Source of the DNA: Candidatus Omnitrophota bacterium
Lineage (GTDB): Bacteria > Omnitrophota > Gorgyraeia > Zapsychrales > Zapsychraceae
Assembly: GCA_015233405.1 (NCBI GenBank)
Contig: JADFXT010000001.1
Span: 18,238 to 82,237 of the forward strand
DNA length: 64,000 bases
Direction: 5' to 3'
A program made the translations under genes and the position numbers. Within the stretch, counting starts at the first letter, position 1. Every line of letters begins with the position of its first letter. The notes beneath the pieces are model-generated. The model was not told the DNA's origin and searched no databases. It worked only from the letters and a program-made list of their open reading frames with translations. Below, piece after piece: positions 55,550 to 64,000 of the stretch.

Positions 55550-55864
55550 ATGTACGCAGTCGTTCAAGTAGGAGTCCATCAGGTTAAAGTTTCTGAAGGC
55601 GAAACGGTCGAAATCAACCGCGTCGACGGTGAAGATGGCAAGAGCATTAAATTGGACAAAGTCCTTATGTATGTTAATGAGGGCGATATCCGTATTGGCC
55701 AGCCGTATTTAAGTAATGTTACGGTCGAGGCCAAGGTTATCAAGCAAACTGTTTTAGGGCCTAAGACGGTTGCTTTTAAATTCCGCAGACGAAAGAATTC
55801 CGCTTCTAAAAAAGGGCATCGCCAGAAGCTCACAGCTATTCATATCGCGAAGATCACGGCATAA
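55550..55864 (+). CDS. rplU: 50S ribosomal protein L21
   Basis: MYAVV..G..QVKV, IGQPY and KGHRQ motifs. Confidence 0.96.
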   Translation: MYAVVQVGVHQVKVSEGETVEINRVDGEDGKSIKLDKVLMYVNEGDIRIGQPYLSNVTVEAKVIKQTVLGPKTVAFKFRRRKNSASKKGHRQKLTAIHIAKITA

Positions 55865-56034
55865 GCTGGAAAAGATTTATAAAGTCATCAAGACAAGGTC
55901 ATGCGTCAGGAAAATCCCTTCGTAGAAAAATTTTCTGCGCCAAGGGCATCCAAAGGATCCCCTTCCTTTGAATTTGGTTCTGAGCCTAACTTAAAATTCT
56001 GATGCTGTTAATGGGGATAACAGTATAGTCCACT

Positions 56035-56772
56035 ATGACAAAAGATTTCTCTCTCGTCATCCCTGCTTATAACGAAGGCGACCGTCTAGAAGTTTTTTTA
56101 AAAGAACTTGTTTTACAGATGAAGGGTTCTCATCTTTCCGGAGAGATCATTGTCGTCGATGACGGAAGCCTTGAAAAAGACCGTAATGCTTATCAGCGGA
56201 TGATTCAGGATATCAACTCTTCCGATGTCCGGTTAGTTTCTTTAGATAAAAATTCTGGAAAAGGTTATGCCATTCGTCACGGGTTTCATCTGGCAGACGC
56301 AAGGTGGGTGGGTTTTGCCGATGCGGATGGGGCCATCTGTGCAGAGGAAGTTTTTCGTTTGCTGTCTTTTGCGCTTCATTCCTCGGGGTTCAGCGGGGTC
56401 TTCGGGGCCCGTATCCTGATGCTAGGGTATCAAATCCAGCGTTCGCTTTTAAGGCATTTGTTCGGGCGTGTTTTTGTCACCTGTGTGACGTGCATTCTAG
56501 GGATCCCTGTTTATGACCCGCAATGTGGATGCAAATTTTTCTTAAAAAAGGATATCGTCGACTTTTTGCCATTTTGCCAGGAAAAGGGATACCTTCTGGA
56601 TCTTGAGCTCATTGCTTTTGGACTTGGGAAAAAGTTGAAATTTCTCGAGATCCCTATTAATTGGAATGATGTTAAAGGCAGCAAAGTCCGTCTTTTTTCC
56701 GACGGGATAGGGATGTTAAAAGATTTATGGCGCATTAAAAAAAGAGCGGACCGGTTAAAAACCATTCAATGA
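56035..56772 (+). CDS. GT2 polyprenyl-phosphate glycosyltransferase (DPM1/ALG5-like)
   Basis: SLVIPAYNE, VVDDGS, NSGKG, DAD and DPQCGCK motifs. Confidence 0.88.
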   Translation: MTKDFSLVIPAYNEGDRLEVFLKELVLQMKGSHLSGEIIVVDDGSLEKDRNAYQRMIQDINSSDVRLVSLDKNSGKGYAIRHGFHLADARWVGFADADGAICAEEVFRLLSFALHSSGFSGVFGARILMLGYQIQRSLLRHLFGRVFVTCVTCILGIPVYDPQCGCKFFLKKDIVDFLPFCQEKGYLLDLELIAFGLGKKLKFLEIPINWNDVKGSKVRLFSDGIGMLKDLWRIKKRADRLKTIQ

Positions 56773-58271
56773 CCATGCCTAAATTGCGTTATCATATTTT
56801 ATTTATTTTTTTATGGGTGCTGATCGGGATTGTTAATTGTTTAAGGTTCTATAATCTTGAGGATGTCCCAAAAGGGTTTCACGTTGATGAGTTATCGTCG
56901 GCCACGACGATTCAGTGTCTGGCGACAGAAGGCCGAGACGCCCGGGGGAATAAGCCGGACGTTTTTTTAAATCTGGGATATGGCACGCCTAAGCCTCCGA
57001 CGTATATTTATCCGGGAATTCTTTGGACAAAAATATTCGGGTATTCCATCGCGAGCTTTCATGGGTACACGGCCTTTGCCTATACTTTATTTTTGATCGG
57101 TTTGTTTTTTCTCTCCCGTCGGATTTTTCCTCTGTTTATTGACAACAGGCAGGCAACGGCAAACGATTGTTCGAAGGCGTCTCTTTTTGCGGCATTGACA
57201 ACGCTTGCGGCTTCTCTTTCGCCTTGGTCGTGGCCAGTATCTAGGGTTGCTTTTGAATCTATTTTTACCCTGGCATATTTGATATGGGGATTATATTTCT
57301 TTTTTAAGTCCAACCGTACGTTTTCGATGATGATGGCGGGTTTTTTATTATCTTGTGCCATGTATACTTATCCGCCGACGCGCGCGCAGGTTCCGCTCAT
57401 GCTTATTCCGTTAATTTTTTTACGGCATAAACAGTTTTCACTGACGTTTAAAGGGATGGCGGCTTTTTTTTCTGCATTGATGATCACAAGCGTGCCGCTT
57501 GCGCTAAAGATCATATTTGACAAGAGCCTTTTAAACCGTTTTAGGGAGCTCAGTATTTTTTCGAAAACTTTCTTAGAGTCCCAGGGCAAGACGGGCACAT
57601 TCGCGGATATCGTGGGGATTTTTTTGAACGGGTTTAAGCTTCATTTTTCTCCTTATTTTTTATTTGGGAGCGCTAGTCGGCATAGCACCTTGGACATGCT
57701 GAGATGTTTTGGTATTTTAGGATGGCTCGATGTGTTGGGACTTCTTTGTGGACTGGGATGGATTGTCTATCTTTGTTTCCGTTGGAAAAATAAAGAGCAT
57801 TGGCCGGCAGGGCATATCTTTTTTATCGTTTTTTGTGTAGTGAATATCATGATTGGCTTTGTCCCGTCGGCATTAACGGGCACGGACATCCCGAATGTCC
57901 TACGGATTATTGGCGCATTGCCTTTTATGATGCTCTTGACGGGATTCTTTTTGTATAAAACGATATCTGTTTTTTCTCCGATGATGGAAATTTCTAGTGC
58001 TTTGGCGTTGATTTTTGCTATTGTTTTTTTAAGGTCTTATTTTTTGGCCTATCCTAATGAGACACAAGGATTGTTCAGCATCTGGTCAAAAGGGGAAGCT
58101 TTGGCTGCAAAGTCCGAGGACGATTGGGTTCGTTTTTTATGCCGCCACTCTTCGTGTAATTTTCACGCTATTTATTATTTGATGAATTATAAAAAAGGAG
58201 AGACGTGCCAATCAGCGAGGACAAAGTGGGAATTCTTTTACAATTATGCGTTAAAACATAAAGTACAGTAA
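56769..58271 (+). CDS. Multi-TM GT-C glycosyltransferase (ArnT/PMT-like)
   Basis: RFYNL..P.GFHVDE, KPP and LSPW..SR..FES motifs; many TM segments. Confidence 0.75.
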   Translation: MTMPKLRYHILFIFLWVLIGIVNCLRFYNLEDVPKGFHVDELSSATTIQCLATEGRDARGNKPDVFLNLGYGTPKPPTYIYPGILWTKIFGYSIASFHGYTAFAYTLFLIGLFFLSRRIFPLFIDNRQATANDCSKASLFAALTTLAASLSPWSWPVSRVAFESIFTLAYLIWGLYFFFKSNRTFSMMMAGFLLSCAMYTYPPTRAQVPLMLIPLIFLRHKQFSLTFKGMAAFFSALMITSVPLALKIIFDKSLLNRFRELSIFSKTFLESQGKTGTFADIVGIFLNGFKLHFSPYFLFGSASRHSTLDMLRCFGILGWLDVLGLLCGLGWIVYLCFRWKNKEHWPAGHIFFIVFCVVNIMIGFVPSALTGTDIPNVLRIIGALPFMMLLTGFFLYKTISVFSPMMEISSALALIFAIVFLRSYFLAYPNETQGLFSIWSKGEALAAKSEDDWVRFLCRHSSCNFHAIYYLMNYKKGETCQSARTKWEFFYNYALKHKVQ

Positions 58272-58305
58272 ATTTAATTAGGTCGTATATTTTTTAGGGG
58301 GTGCC

Positions 58306-59331
58306 ATGCTATTCGTTGATGAAGCAAGGATTTTTGTTCAAGGGGGAAAAGGCGGCCAGGGGTGCGAAAGCTTTTACATGGATAAACGGATGCGCAATCC
58401 TCGTCCGGACGGCGGTGACGGCGGCAGAGGCGGTAACGTTATTTTTGTGGCGGACAGGGCTTTACGAACTTTATTAGATTTTAAATATAAACAGCATTAC
58501 AAGGCAAAAAGTGGCGGGCACGCGAGTAGCAAAGGTAAAAAAGGAAGGACCGGCGAGGATTGTGTGGTGCATGTGCCTCAGGGGACGATCATCAAAGATT
58601 ATGAAACTGGCCTTCAAATCAAAGATCTGGTCGACGATGGGGAATCCATTGTAATTGCCAAAGGCGGTCGTGGCGGGATAGGAAACGGGGCGACCCGTCG
58701 AGGAGTTATTCTTCATGAAGAAGGGGAACAAAGGACACTTCTTTTAGAACTTAAAATGATTGCCGACGTTGGGCTTGTCGGTTTTCCTAATGCGGGTAAA
58801 TCCACGATCATCACGAATATTTCTAAGGTCCGTTCGCCGATCGCTAATTATCCGTTTACGACCAAACATCCGATCTTGGGAATCGTATTCATCGAGGAAA
58901 ATGCGCATGAAGATTTTTCTTTTGTGGTCGCGGATTTGCCGGGGATCATCGAAGGCGCGCATTTAGGGAAAGGGTTGGGCCATCAATTCTTGCGCCATGC
59001 CGAACGGACAAAGATTTTGGTCCACGTTCTTGATATGGCGGGTACGGAGGGCCGGGATCCTTTAGACGATTATGAAAAATTAAATATCGAACTTGAAAAA
59101 TACAGTGACAAATTTTTATTTAAGCATAAAATTGTAGTAGCCAATAAAATGGATCTTCCCGAGGCTGAGGAGAACCTCAAGCGTTTTAAGAAAAAGTTTG
59201 GGGGAAAAGTTATTCCTGTCTCGGCGGCAGAAAAACAGGGTTTGGATAAACTTGTGAAAACGATCCAGAAGGTTTTAAAGAAAATACATAAGGAAGAGAA
59301 TAATGCTCAGGAAATTTCCAAGGCCGGTTAA
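58306..59331 (+). CDS. obgE: GTPase ObgE/CgtA
   Basis: FVDEA, PDGGDGGRGG, GFPNAGKST, YPFTT, DLPG and NKMD motifs. Confidence 0.97.
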   Translation: MLFVDEARIFVQGGKGGQGCESFYMDKRMRNPRPDGGDGGRGGNVIFVADRALRTLLDFKYKQHYKAKSGGHASSKGKKGRTGEDCVVHVPQGTIIKDYETGLQIKDLVDDGESIVIAKGGRGGIGNGATRRGVILHEEGEQRTLLLELKMIADVGLVGFPNAGKSTIITNISKVRSPIANYPFTTKHPILGIVFIEENAHEDFSFVVADLPGIIEGAHLGKGLGHQFLRHAERTKILVHVLDMAGTEGRDPLDDYEKLNIELEKYSDKFLFKHKIVVANKMDLPEAEENLKRFKKKFGGKVIPVSAAEKQGLDKLVKTIQKVLKKIHKEENNAQEISKAG

Positions 59332-60385
59332 AAAAATCGTCGTGAAAGTGGGTTCGAGTTTGATCGCCACGTATCAAATGGAGCCGCGCAAAGCTGAACT
59401 GCGTTCGCTCGTCAATCAGATCTGTGCTTTACGAAAAAGAGGAATCCAGGTTGTTCTGGTCAGTTCTGGCGCGATCGTTTTAGGGATGGGCGAGATGGGT
59501 TTAAAGAAGCGCCCGACGGAATTGTCCGCGCTTCAATCGTTAGCGGCGATCGGGCAGACCCTTTTAATGCGCGTTTATATGGATATTTTCAAGAAATGTC
59601 GGGTGACTTGTTCCCAGGTTCTCCTGACATGGGATGATTTTAGCCACCGCGACCGGTTTAACAATATCCGTAACATTTTTAAAGCCATGCTGGAGTGTGG
59701 GGTGGTGCCGGTCGTTAATGAAAATGATACTATCTCGACGGACGAAATCAAATTTGGTGATAATGACAAGCTTTCCGCTCTTGTGGCTAGTTTGATTGAG
59801 GCTGATCTTTTGGTGATCCTTTCAGACGTTGAAGGACTTTATGAAATCAAAGACGGGGAGAAAAAGGTTTTTAGCGAAATCAAGAAGATCACGGAAGACA
59901 TTGAAAAGCTCGCCGGGGGAACGAACAAAAAAGATATGTCCAAGGGCGGCATGGCGACCAAGCTCGACGCGGTCAAAATAGCGACCAAGGCAAAAATCCC
60001 CTGCGTTATCGCTCACGGAGAGGCCAGGGATGTTTTGCTCCGTGTCCATAAAGGAGAGCGATTGGGTACTTTCTTCGTTGAGGAAGAAGAAAAATTGGTC
60101 TCGCGTAAACACTGGATTTCGTTTGGGTCTAAGCCAAAAGGTGTTGTTGTTGTCGACGATGGGGCCAAAGAAGTGCTCCAAAAAGGCGGAAAAAGTTTGC
60201 TTCTTCCGGGGATCGTTTCGTGGGAAGGGCAATTTAAAAAGAATGATGTGGTCGTGGTGGAAGATAAGAAACATGAGGAAATCGCGCGAGGGATGGTAAA
60301 TTATTCGGCGGAAGAATTAGCTAATATCGTCGATAAAAAAGGAAAACCAGAGGCGATTCACTGCGATAATATGGTGGTTCTATAA
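59303..60385 (+). CDS. proB: Glutamate 5-kinase with PUA domain
   Basis: VVKVGSS, SSGA, NEND, FGDND and GGMATK motifs. Confidence 0.96.
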   Translation: MLRKFPRPVKKIVVKVGSSLIATYQMEPRKAELRSLVNQICALRKRGIQVVLVSSGAIVLGMGEMGLKKRPTELSALQSLAAIGQTLLMRVYMDIFKKCRVTCSQVLLTWDDFSHRDRFNNIRNIFKAMLECGVVPVVNENDTISTDEIKFGDNDKLSALVASLIEADLLVILSDVEGLYEIKDGEKKVFSEIKKITEDIEKLAGGTNKKDMSKGGMATKLDAVKIATKAKIPCVIAHGEARDVLLRVHKGERLGTFFVEEEEKLVSRKHWISFGSKPKGVVVVDDGAKEVLQKGGKSLLLPGIVSWEGQFKKNDVVVVEDKKHEEIARGMVNYSAEELANIVDKKGKPEAIHCDNMVVL

Positions 60386-61647
60386 TGATAAAGACATTGG
60401 AAAAACAAATTATGGGTATGGCGAAAGAAGCGAAGGCGGCTTCCCGTCAATTGGCCCTTATCTCGACGGATGAGAAAAATAAAGCGCTTGTCAAAATGGC
60501 TTCGGCGCTTAAAGCCCATTCTCTATATTTAATCCGGGAAAATGAAAAGGACTTGGCCGCCGGAAAGAGGGCTGGCCTTAGTAATGCCTTATTGGATCGT
60601 CTGACGCTTAATGAAAAACGGATTCAGAGTATGATCGATTGCCTTTTAGATACGTCCAAACTTAAAGATCCCATTGGCGTTGTTCTGGAAACTTATAAGC
60701 GTCCGAACGGACTTATTATTAAAAAGGTCAGAGTCCCGATTGGCGTCATTGGAATTATTTATGAATCCCGTCCGAATGTGACGAGCGATTGTATCGGATT
60801 GTGTTTAAAATCCGGTAATGCGGTTTTTTTAAAAGGCGGCAAAGAAGCGCTTTATTCGAACCGAGCGATTTTCTCTGTTTTAAAAAACGCGTTAAAGTCG
60901 ACGAAGATCCCGAGCGAAAGTGTGCAAATGGTTGATTCGACGGACCGCGAAGCACTTCAAATCCTTTTAAAGCTTAATCAATATGTGGATTTGATCGTTC
61001 CTCGTGGCGGCGAAGGCCTTATCCGTTTTGTCGCCGAGAATTCCAGTATTCCTGTCATCAAACATTATAAAGGTGTGTGCCATACCTACGTCAGCGACAA
61101 GGCAGACCTCGCGATGGCCAAGCGGATTTGTTTTAATGCCAAAGTCCAGCGGCCGGGAGTCTGTAATGCCATGGAGACCATGCTGGTCCATGAGAAGGTC
61201 GCCAAGAAGTTCTTACCGACGATGATCGAAGAATTTAAGAAAGCCGGCGTGGAGATTCGTGGCTGTGATAAGACGCGAAATATCGTTAAAGATATTAAGA
61301 AGGCTACGACGCAAGATTGGTACGAAGAATACCTCGACCTGATCCTAGCTGTCAAGGTGGTTAAGAATACCGATGAAGCGATTGGCCATATCAATACTTT
61401 TGGCTCGCAGCATTCGGAAACCATTGTGACCCAAGATAAAAAAGAAGCTGATAAATTTCTTAAAGCGGTTGATTCTGCCTGCCTTTATGTGAATGCGTCT
61501 ACACGGTTTACCGACGGATACGAGTTTGGCTTTGGCGCGGAGGTTGGCATCAGCACGGATAAAATCCATGTCCGCGGGCCCATGGCACTAGACGGGCTTA
61601 CGACGTATAAATATGAAATCTATGGCCAGGGGCAGATAAGACAATGA
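60385..61647 (+). CDS. proA: Gamma-glutamyl phosphate reductase
   Basis: YESRPNVT, PRGG, VCNAME, NASTRFTDG and GISTDKIHVRGP motifs. Confidence 0.97.
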   Translation: MIKTLEKQIMGMAKEAKAASRQLALISTDEKNKALVKMASALKAHSLYLIRENEKDLAAGKRAGLSNALLDRLTLNEKRIQSMIDCLLDTSKLKDPIGVVLETYKRPNGLIIKKVRVPIGVIGIIYESRPNVTSDCIGLCLKSGNAVFLKGGKEALYSNRAIFSVLKNALKSTKIPSESVQMVDSTDREALQILLKLNQYVDLIVPRGGEGLIRFVAENSSIPVIKHYKGVCHTYVSDKADLAMAKRICFNAKVQRPGVCNAMETMLVHEKVAKKFLPTMIEEFKKAGVEIRGCDKTRNIVKDIKKATTQDWYEEYLDLILAVKVVKNTDEAIGHINTFGSQHSETIVTQDKKEADKFLKAVDSACLYVNASTRFTDGYEFGFGAEVGISTDKIHVRGPMALDGLTTYKYEIYGQGQIRQ

Positions 61648-62225
61648 AGCGCATTGGCATCTTAGGCGGGACGTTTAATCCTGTTCATATCGGCCACTTG
61701 GCAATCGCAGAGTGGGCGTGCGAACAATTGAAGCTCGATAAAGTGATCTTTGTTCCGTCGCATCTTCCGCCGCATAAGACCAGCCGTGGGGTTCTTGATT
61801 CCAAACATCGCTTTGAAATGGTTTTGCAAGCCGTCAAGGATAACCCTTGTTTTGGCGTATCAGATTTTGAAGTCAACAGGGAAGGAAAGTCATATAGTAT
61901 TGATACCGTCGAACATTTTCGTTCGATTTTCCCCAAGGACACAAAATTTTATTTTATTATCGGGGAAGACGCCTTGACAACCCTTTCGGATTGGAAGGAT
62001 ATTGACCGTTTAACCGAATTGGTGGATTTCGTCGCTGTTAATAGGCCAGGGACTCATCATCTGAAATCAAAAGTCCCCGTGAAATTTATTCCTATGCTTG
62101 GGATTGACGTTTCTTCATCCTATGTGCGAAAATGTTTGACGTCGGGAAAAAGCGCTAAATATTTTCTACCGGAGAATGTTATTAAATATATTAAAAAGCA
62201 TCATTTATATACTTCGCGGCCTTAA
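61644..62225 (+). CDS. nadD: Nicotinate-nucleotide adenylyltransferase
   Basis: GGTFNPVHIGH, PPHK, SYSIDT, IIGED and VSSS motifs. Confidence 0.95.
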   Translation: MKRIGILGGTFNPVHIGHLAIAEWACEQLKLDKVIFVPSHLPPHKTSRGVLDSKHRFEMVLQAVKDNPCFGVSDFEVNREGKSYSIDTVEHFRSIFPKDTKFYFIIGEDALTTLSDWKDIDRLTELVDFVAVNRPGTHHLKSKVPVKFIPMLGIDVSSSYVRKCLTSGKSAKYFLPENVIKYIKKHHLYTSRP

Positions 62226-62280
62226 ATCGCAGGCAGATGGTTTGGCCGTTTAAGTATCATCAATCAAAGGAGAATTGACC

Positions 62281-63696
62281 ATGACAGACCAGAACACGAG
62301 TGAAATTAAATTTGGGACCGACGGATGGAGAGCGGTTATCTCAGATACGTTTACCTTTAAAAACGTGGCGATTGTAGCGCAGGCCATTGCCGAATGGTTG
62401 AAAAGCGATTTTCCATCGGAACATAAAAAAGTGTCCGTGGCCTATGACACGCGGTTTTTATCGGATAAATATGCTGAGATCGTTGCCTGTGTCCTGGCCA
62501 AAAATGGCATTGAAGTCCTCTTATCCGACCGAGCTGTTCCGACGCCGGCGTTAAGTTATGGAGTGGTCAATACCAAATCGACTTGCGGCGTGATGATCAC
62601 CGCGAGCCATAATCCGGGCGCGTTTAATGGGATTAAAATTAAAAATGGCCAGGGCGGTGGGGCCTCTAAAGACATCACGAATAAAGTGGAATCGTTTTTT
62701 TATAAAACATCCGTCGAGACTATCGCGTTAAAAGACGCCCTCGCGCTTAAAACCATTCAGATGTATGATTTTAAGGCGGCGTATTTAAAGTTCATGAAAA
62801 GTTATGTGGATTTAAAGAAAATTAAAAAAGCAAAATTTAAAGTTGTTCAGGACGTCATGCATGGCAGCGGCGGGCGTATTTTGGAAGAAATATTAAAGGG
62901 AAGCCAGATCCGGTTGTCCTTGATGCGTTCAGAAGTCAATCCTTCGTTTGAAGGCGGCAAGCCGGAACCGATCGTGGAATTTTTAGGCGGCATCTTAAAG
63001 AAAGTCAAAGACGAAAAGTATGATATCGGGTTAGTCTTAGATGGGGATGCGGACCGTATCGCAGCTGTTGCGCCCGGCGGAGAATTCATCAGCCCTCAGA
63101 AAATTTTAGGGCTTATCATTCTTCATTTGGTCCGCAATCGTGGCCGTAAAGGCGGTATTGTTAAGACTACGTGCGGAACTGTGATGCTGGATAATATCGC
63201 GAAGAAGCTTAATCTCAAGCTTTATGAAACACCCGTCGGGTTTAAATATATTTCCGATTTGATGGTGAGCGAACAAATTATCGCCGGCGGAGAAGAGGCC
63301 GGTGGTATTGGCGTCCAAGATTATATTCCGGAACGCGATGGGACGTTAGCTGGATTATTACTTTTGGAAATGATGGTGTATCAGAAAAAAAATATCAAAA
63401 AACTTTTGGATGAAATGGAAAAAGAATTCGGTCGGTATTATTACGAACGAGCAGATCTTCCTTTAGGCGCTGGGAAATATGACCCTGAAAAAGTCAAAGC
63501 GATCCAGACCCTTTTAGGAAAGAAAGTCGTGGAAGTGAAAGATAAGGACGGCGTGAAACTGATTTGTGAAGATGATAGCTGGCTCATGCTTCGTCCGTCG
63601 GGAACTGAGCCTTTGGTCCGTGCTTATTCGGAGGCGAAATCGTTAAAGAAGGCTAAAGACCTTCTTAAGATCGGCGAGAATCTGCTTAAGGTATAA
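62281..63696 (+). CDS. Phosphoglucomutase/phosphomannomutase family protein
   Basis: FGTDGWR, TASHNP, DGDADR, GEEAGG and RPSGTEP motifs. Confidence 0.93.
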   Translation: MTDQNTSEIKFGTDGWRAVISDTFTFKNVAIVAQAIAEWLKSDFPSEHKKVSVAYDTRFLSDKYAEIVACVLAKNGIEVLLSDRAVPTPALSYGVVNTKSTCGVMITASHNPGAFNGIKIKNGQGGGASKDITNKVESFFYKTSVETIALKDALALKTIQMYDFKAAYLKFMKSYVDLKKIKKAKFKVVQDVMHGSGGRILEEILKGSQIRLSLMRSEVNPSFEGGKPEPIVEFLGGILKKVKDEKYDIGLVLDGDADRIAAVAPGGEFISPQKILGLIILHLVRNRGRKGGIVKTTCGTVMLDNIAKKLNLKLYETPVGFKYISDLMVSEQIIAGGEEAGGIGVQDYIPERDGTLAGLLLLEMMVYQKKNIKKLLDEMEKEFGRYYYERADLPLGAGKYDPEKVKAIQTLLGKKVVEVKDKDGVKLICEDDSWLMLRPSGTEPLVRAYSEAKSLKKAKDLLKIGENLLKV

Positions 63697-63700
63697 TTTT

Positions 63701-64000
63701 ATGGTTTATTGGATTGTTTGGTCGCTTCTTAAAATGGTAAGGCCTTTTTGTTTTCCGTTAAAAATTTACGGGAAAGAAAATATTCCGCAAAAGGGCGCAT
63801 TTATTCTTGCAAGTAATCACCGAAGTTACCTTGACCCGCCTTTGGTGTCGATCTGCCATACATGGCGCATTAGTTTTGTGGCCCGGGATTCCCTTTTTAA
63901 AGGTTTTGCCGGGTGGCTTTTCCCGAAGCTCGAGGCTTTCCCTATAAAAAGGCAGTCCGCGGACGTCGGGGCCATTAAAGAGGCGTTAAACCGCCTGGAG
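63701..64000 (+). CDS. plsC: Lysophospholipid acyltransferase (PlsC-like); 3'-truncated and not in the ORF track
   Basis: My translation MVYWIVWSLLKMVRPFCFPLKIYGKENIPQKGAFILASNHRSYLDPP contains the NHxSxxD catalytic motif. Confidence 0.85.
   Translation, partial: MVYWIVWSLLKMVRPFCFPLKIYGKENIPQKGAFILASNHRSYLDPPLVSICHTWRISFVARDSLFKGFAGWLFPKLEAFPIKRQSADVGAIKEALNRLE

Noticed and set aside
55865-56034. rpmA remnant, tRNA or ncRNA after rplU
   Set aside because: The short ORF (MRQENPF..) shows no L27 similarity, and there is no cloverleaf or recognisable motif, only weak hairpins.
57140-57160. ACAGGCAGGC in the GT-C gene as another copy of the nested 20-mer
   Set aside because: Only half of the palindrome is present, which is compatible with chance.
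266-63318. Numerous minus-strand and alternate-frame ORFs of 60-165 aa
   Set aside because: They overlap well-supported + strand genes or repeats and show no recognisable motifs.
1-64000. Prophage, integron, DGR, transposase, rRNA or tRNA genes
   Set aside because: I saw no integrase, reverse transcriptase, transposase, phage structural cluster or structural RNA signature. Any enzyme that shuffles the cargo or moves the repeats would have to be encoded elsewhere.

Overview
Bacterial chromosomal window with every credible gene on the + strand. The gene content and the two large secreted paralogs suggest a PVC-related lineage such as Ca. Omnitrophota, but that assignment is inference only. Housekeeping blocks are yggS-proC-mtnP-ileS-dksA-like-lspA-lgt-rluA, aroA-mreBCD-mrdA-rodA, and rng-rplU-(two glycosyltransferases)-obgE-proB-proA-nadD-phosphohexomutase-plsC. 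Two type IV pilus/T2SS-like loci together hold 3 PilB/GspE ATPases, 2 PilC, 12 prepilin-like genes, PilMNOPQ and 2 stand-alone MshEN-like proteins. Two c-di-GMP-I riboswitches and several palindromic repeat families are also present. The most notable item is a pair of paralogous secreted proteins (1232 and 1616 aa). They share an unrecognised ~320-aa N-terminal domain and a ~60-70-aa C-terminal 'PGGID(F/L)NP' domain. Between these they carry unrelated cargo modules delimited by a recurring (D/N/S)xAM motif. Some modules look like complete stand-alone proteins: one with an internal signal peptide and membrane anchor, a SAM methyltransferase, and a possible His-Cys peptidase. This suggests a cleavable polyprotein cargo-delivery system, possibly linked to c-di-GMP and the pilus machinery. 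Both paralogs also carry a different palindromic DNA element inserted in-frame in the same loop. All calls come from reading motifs by eye; no searches were run.
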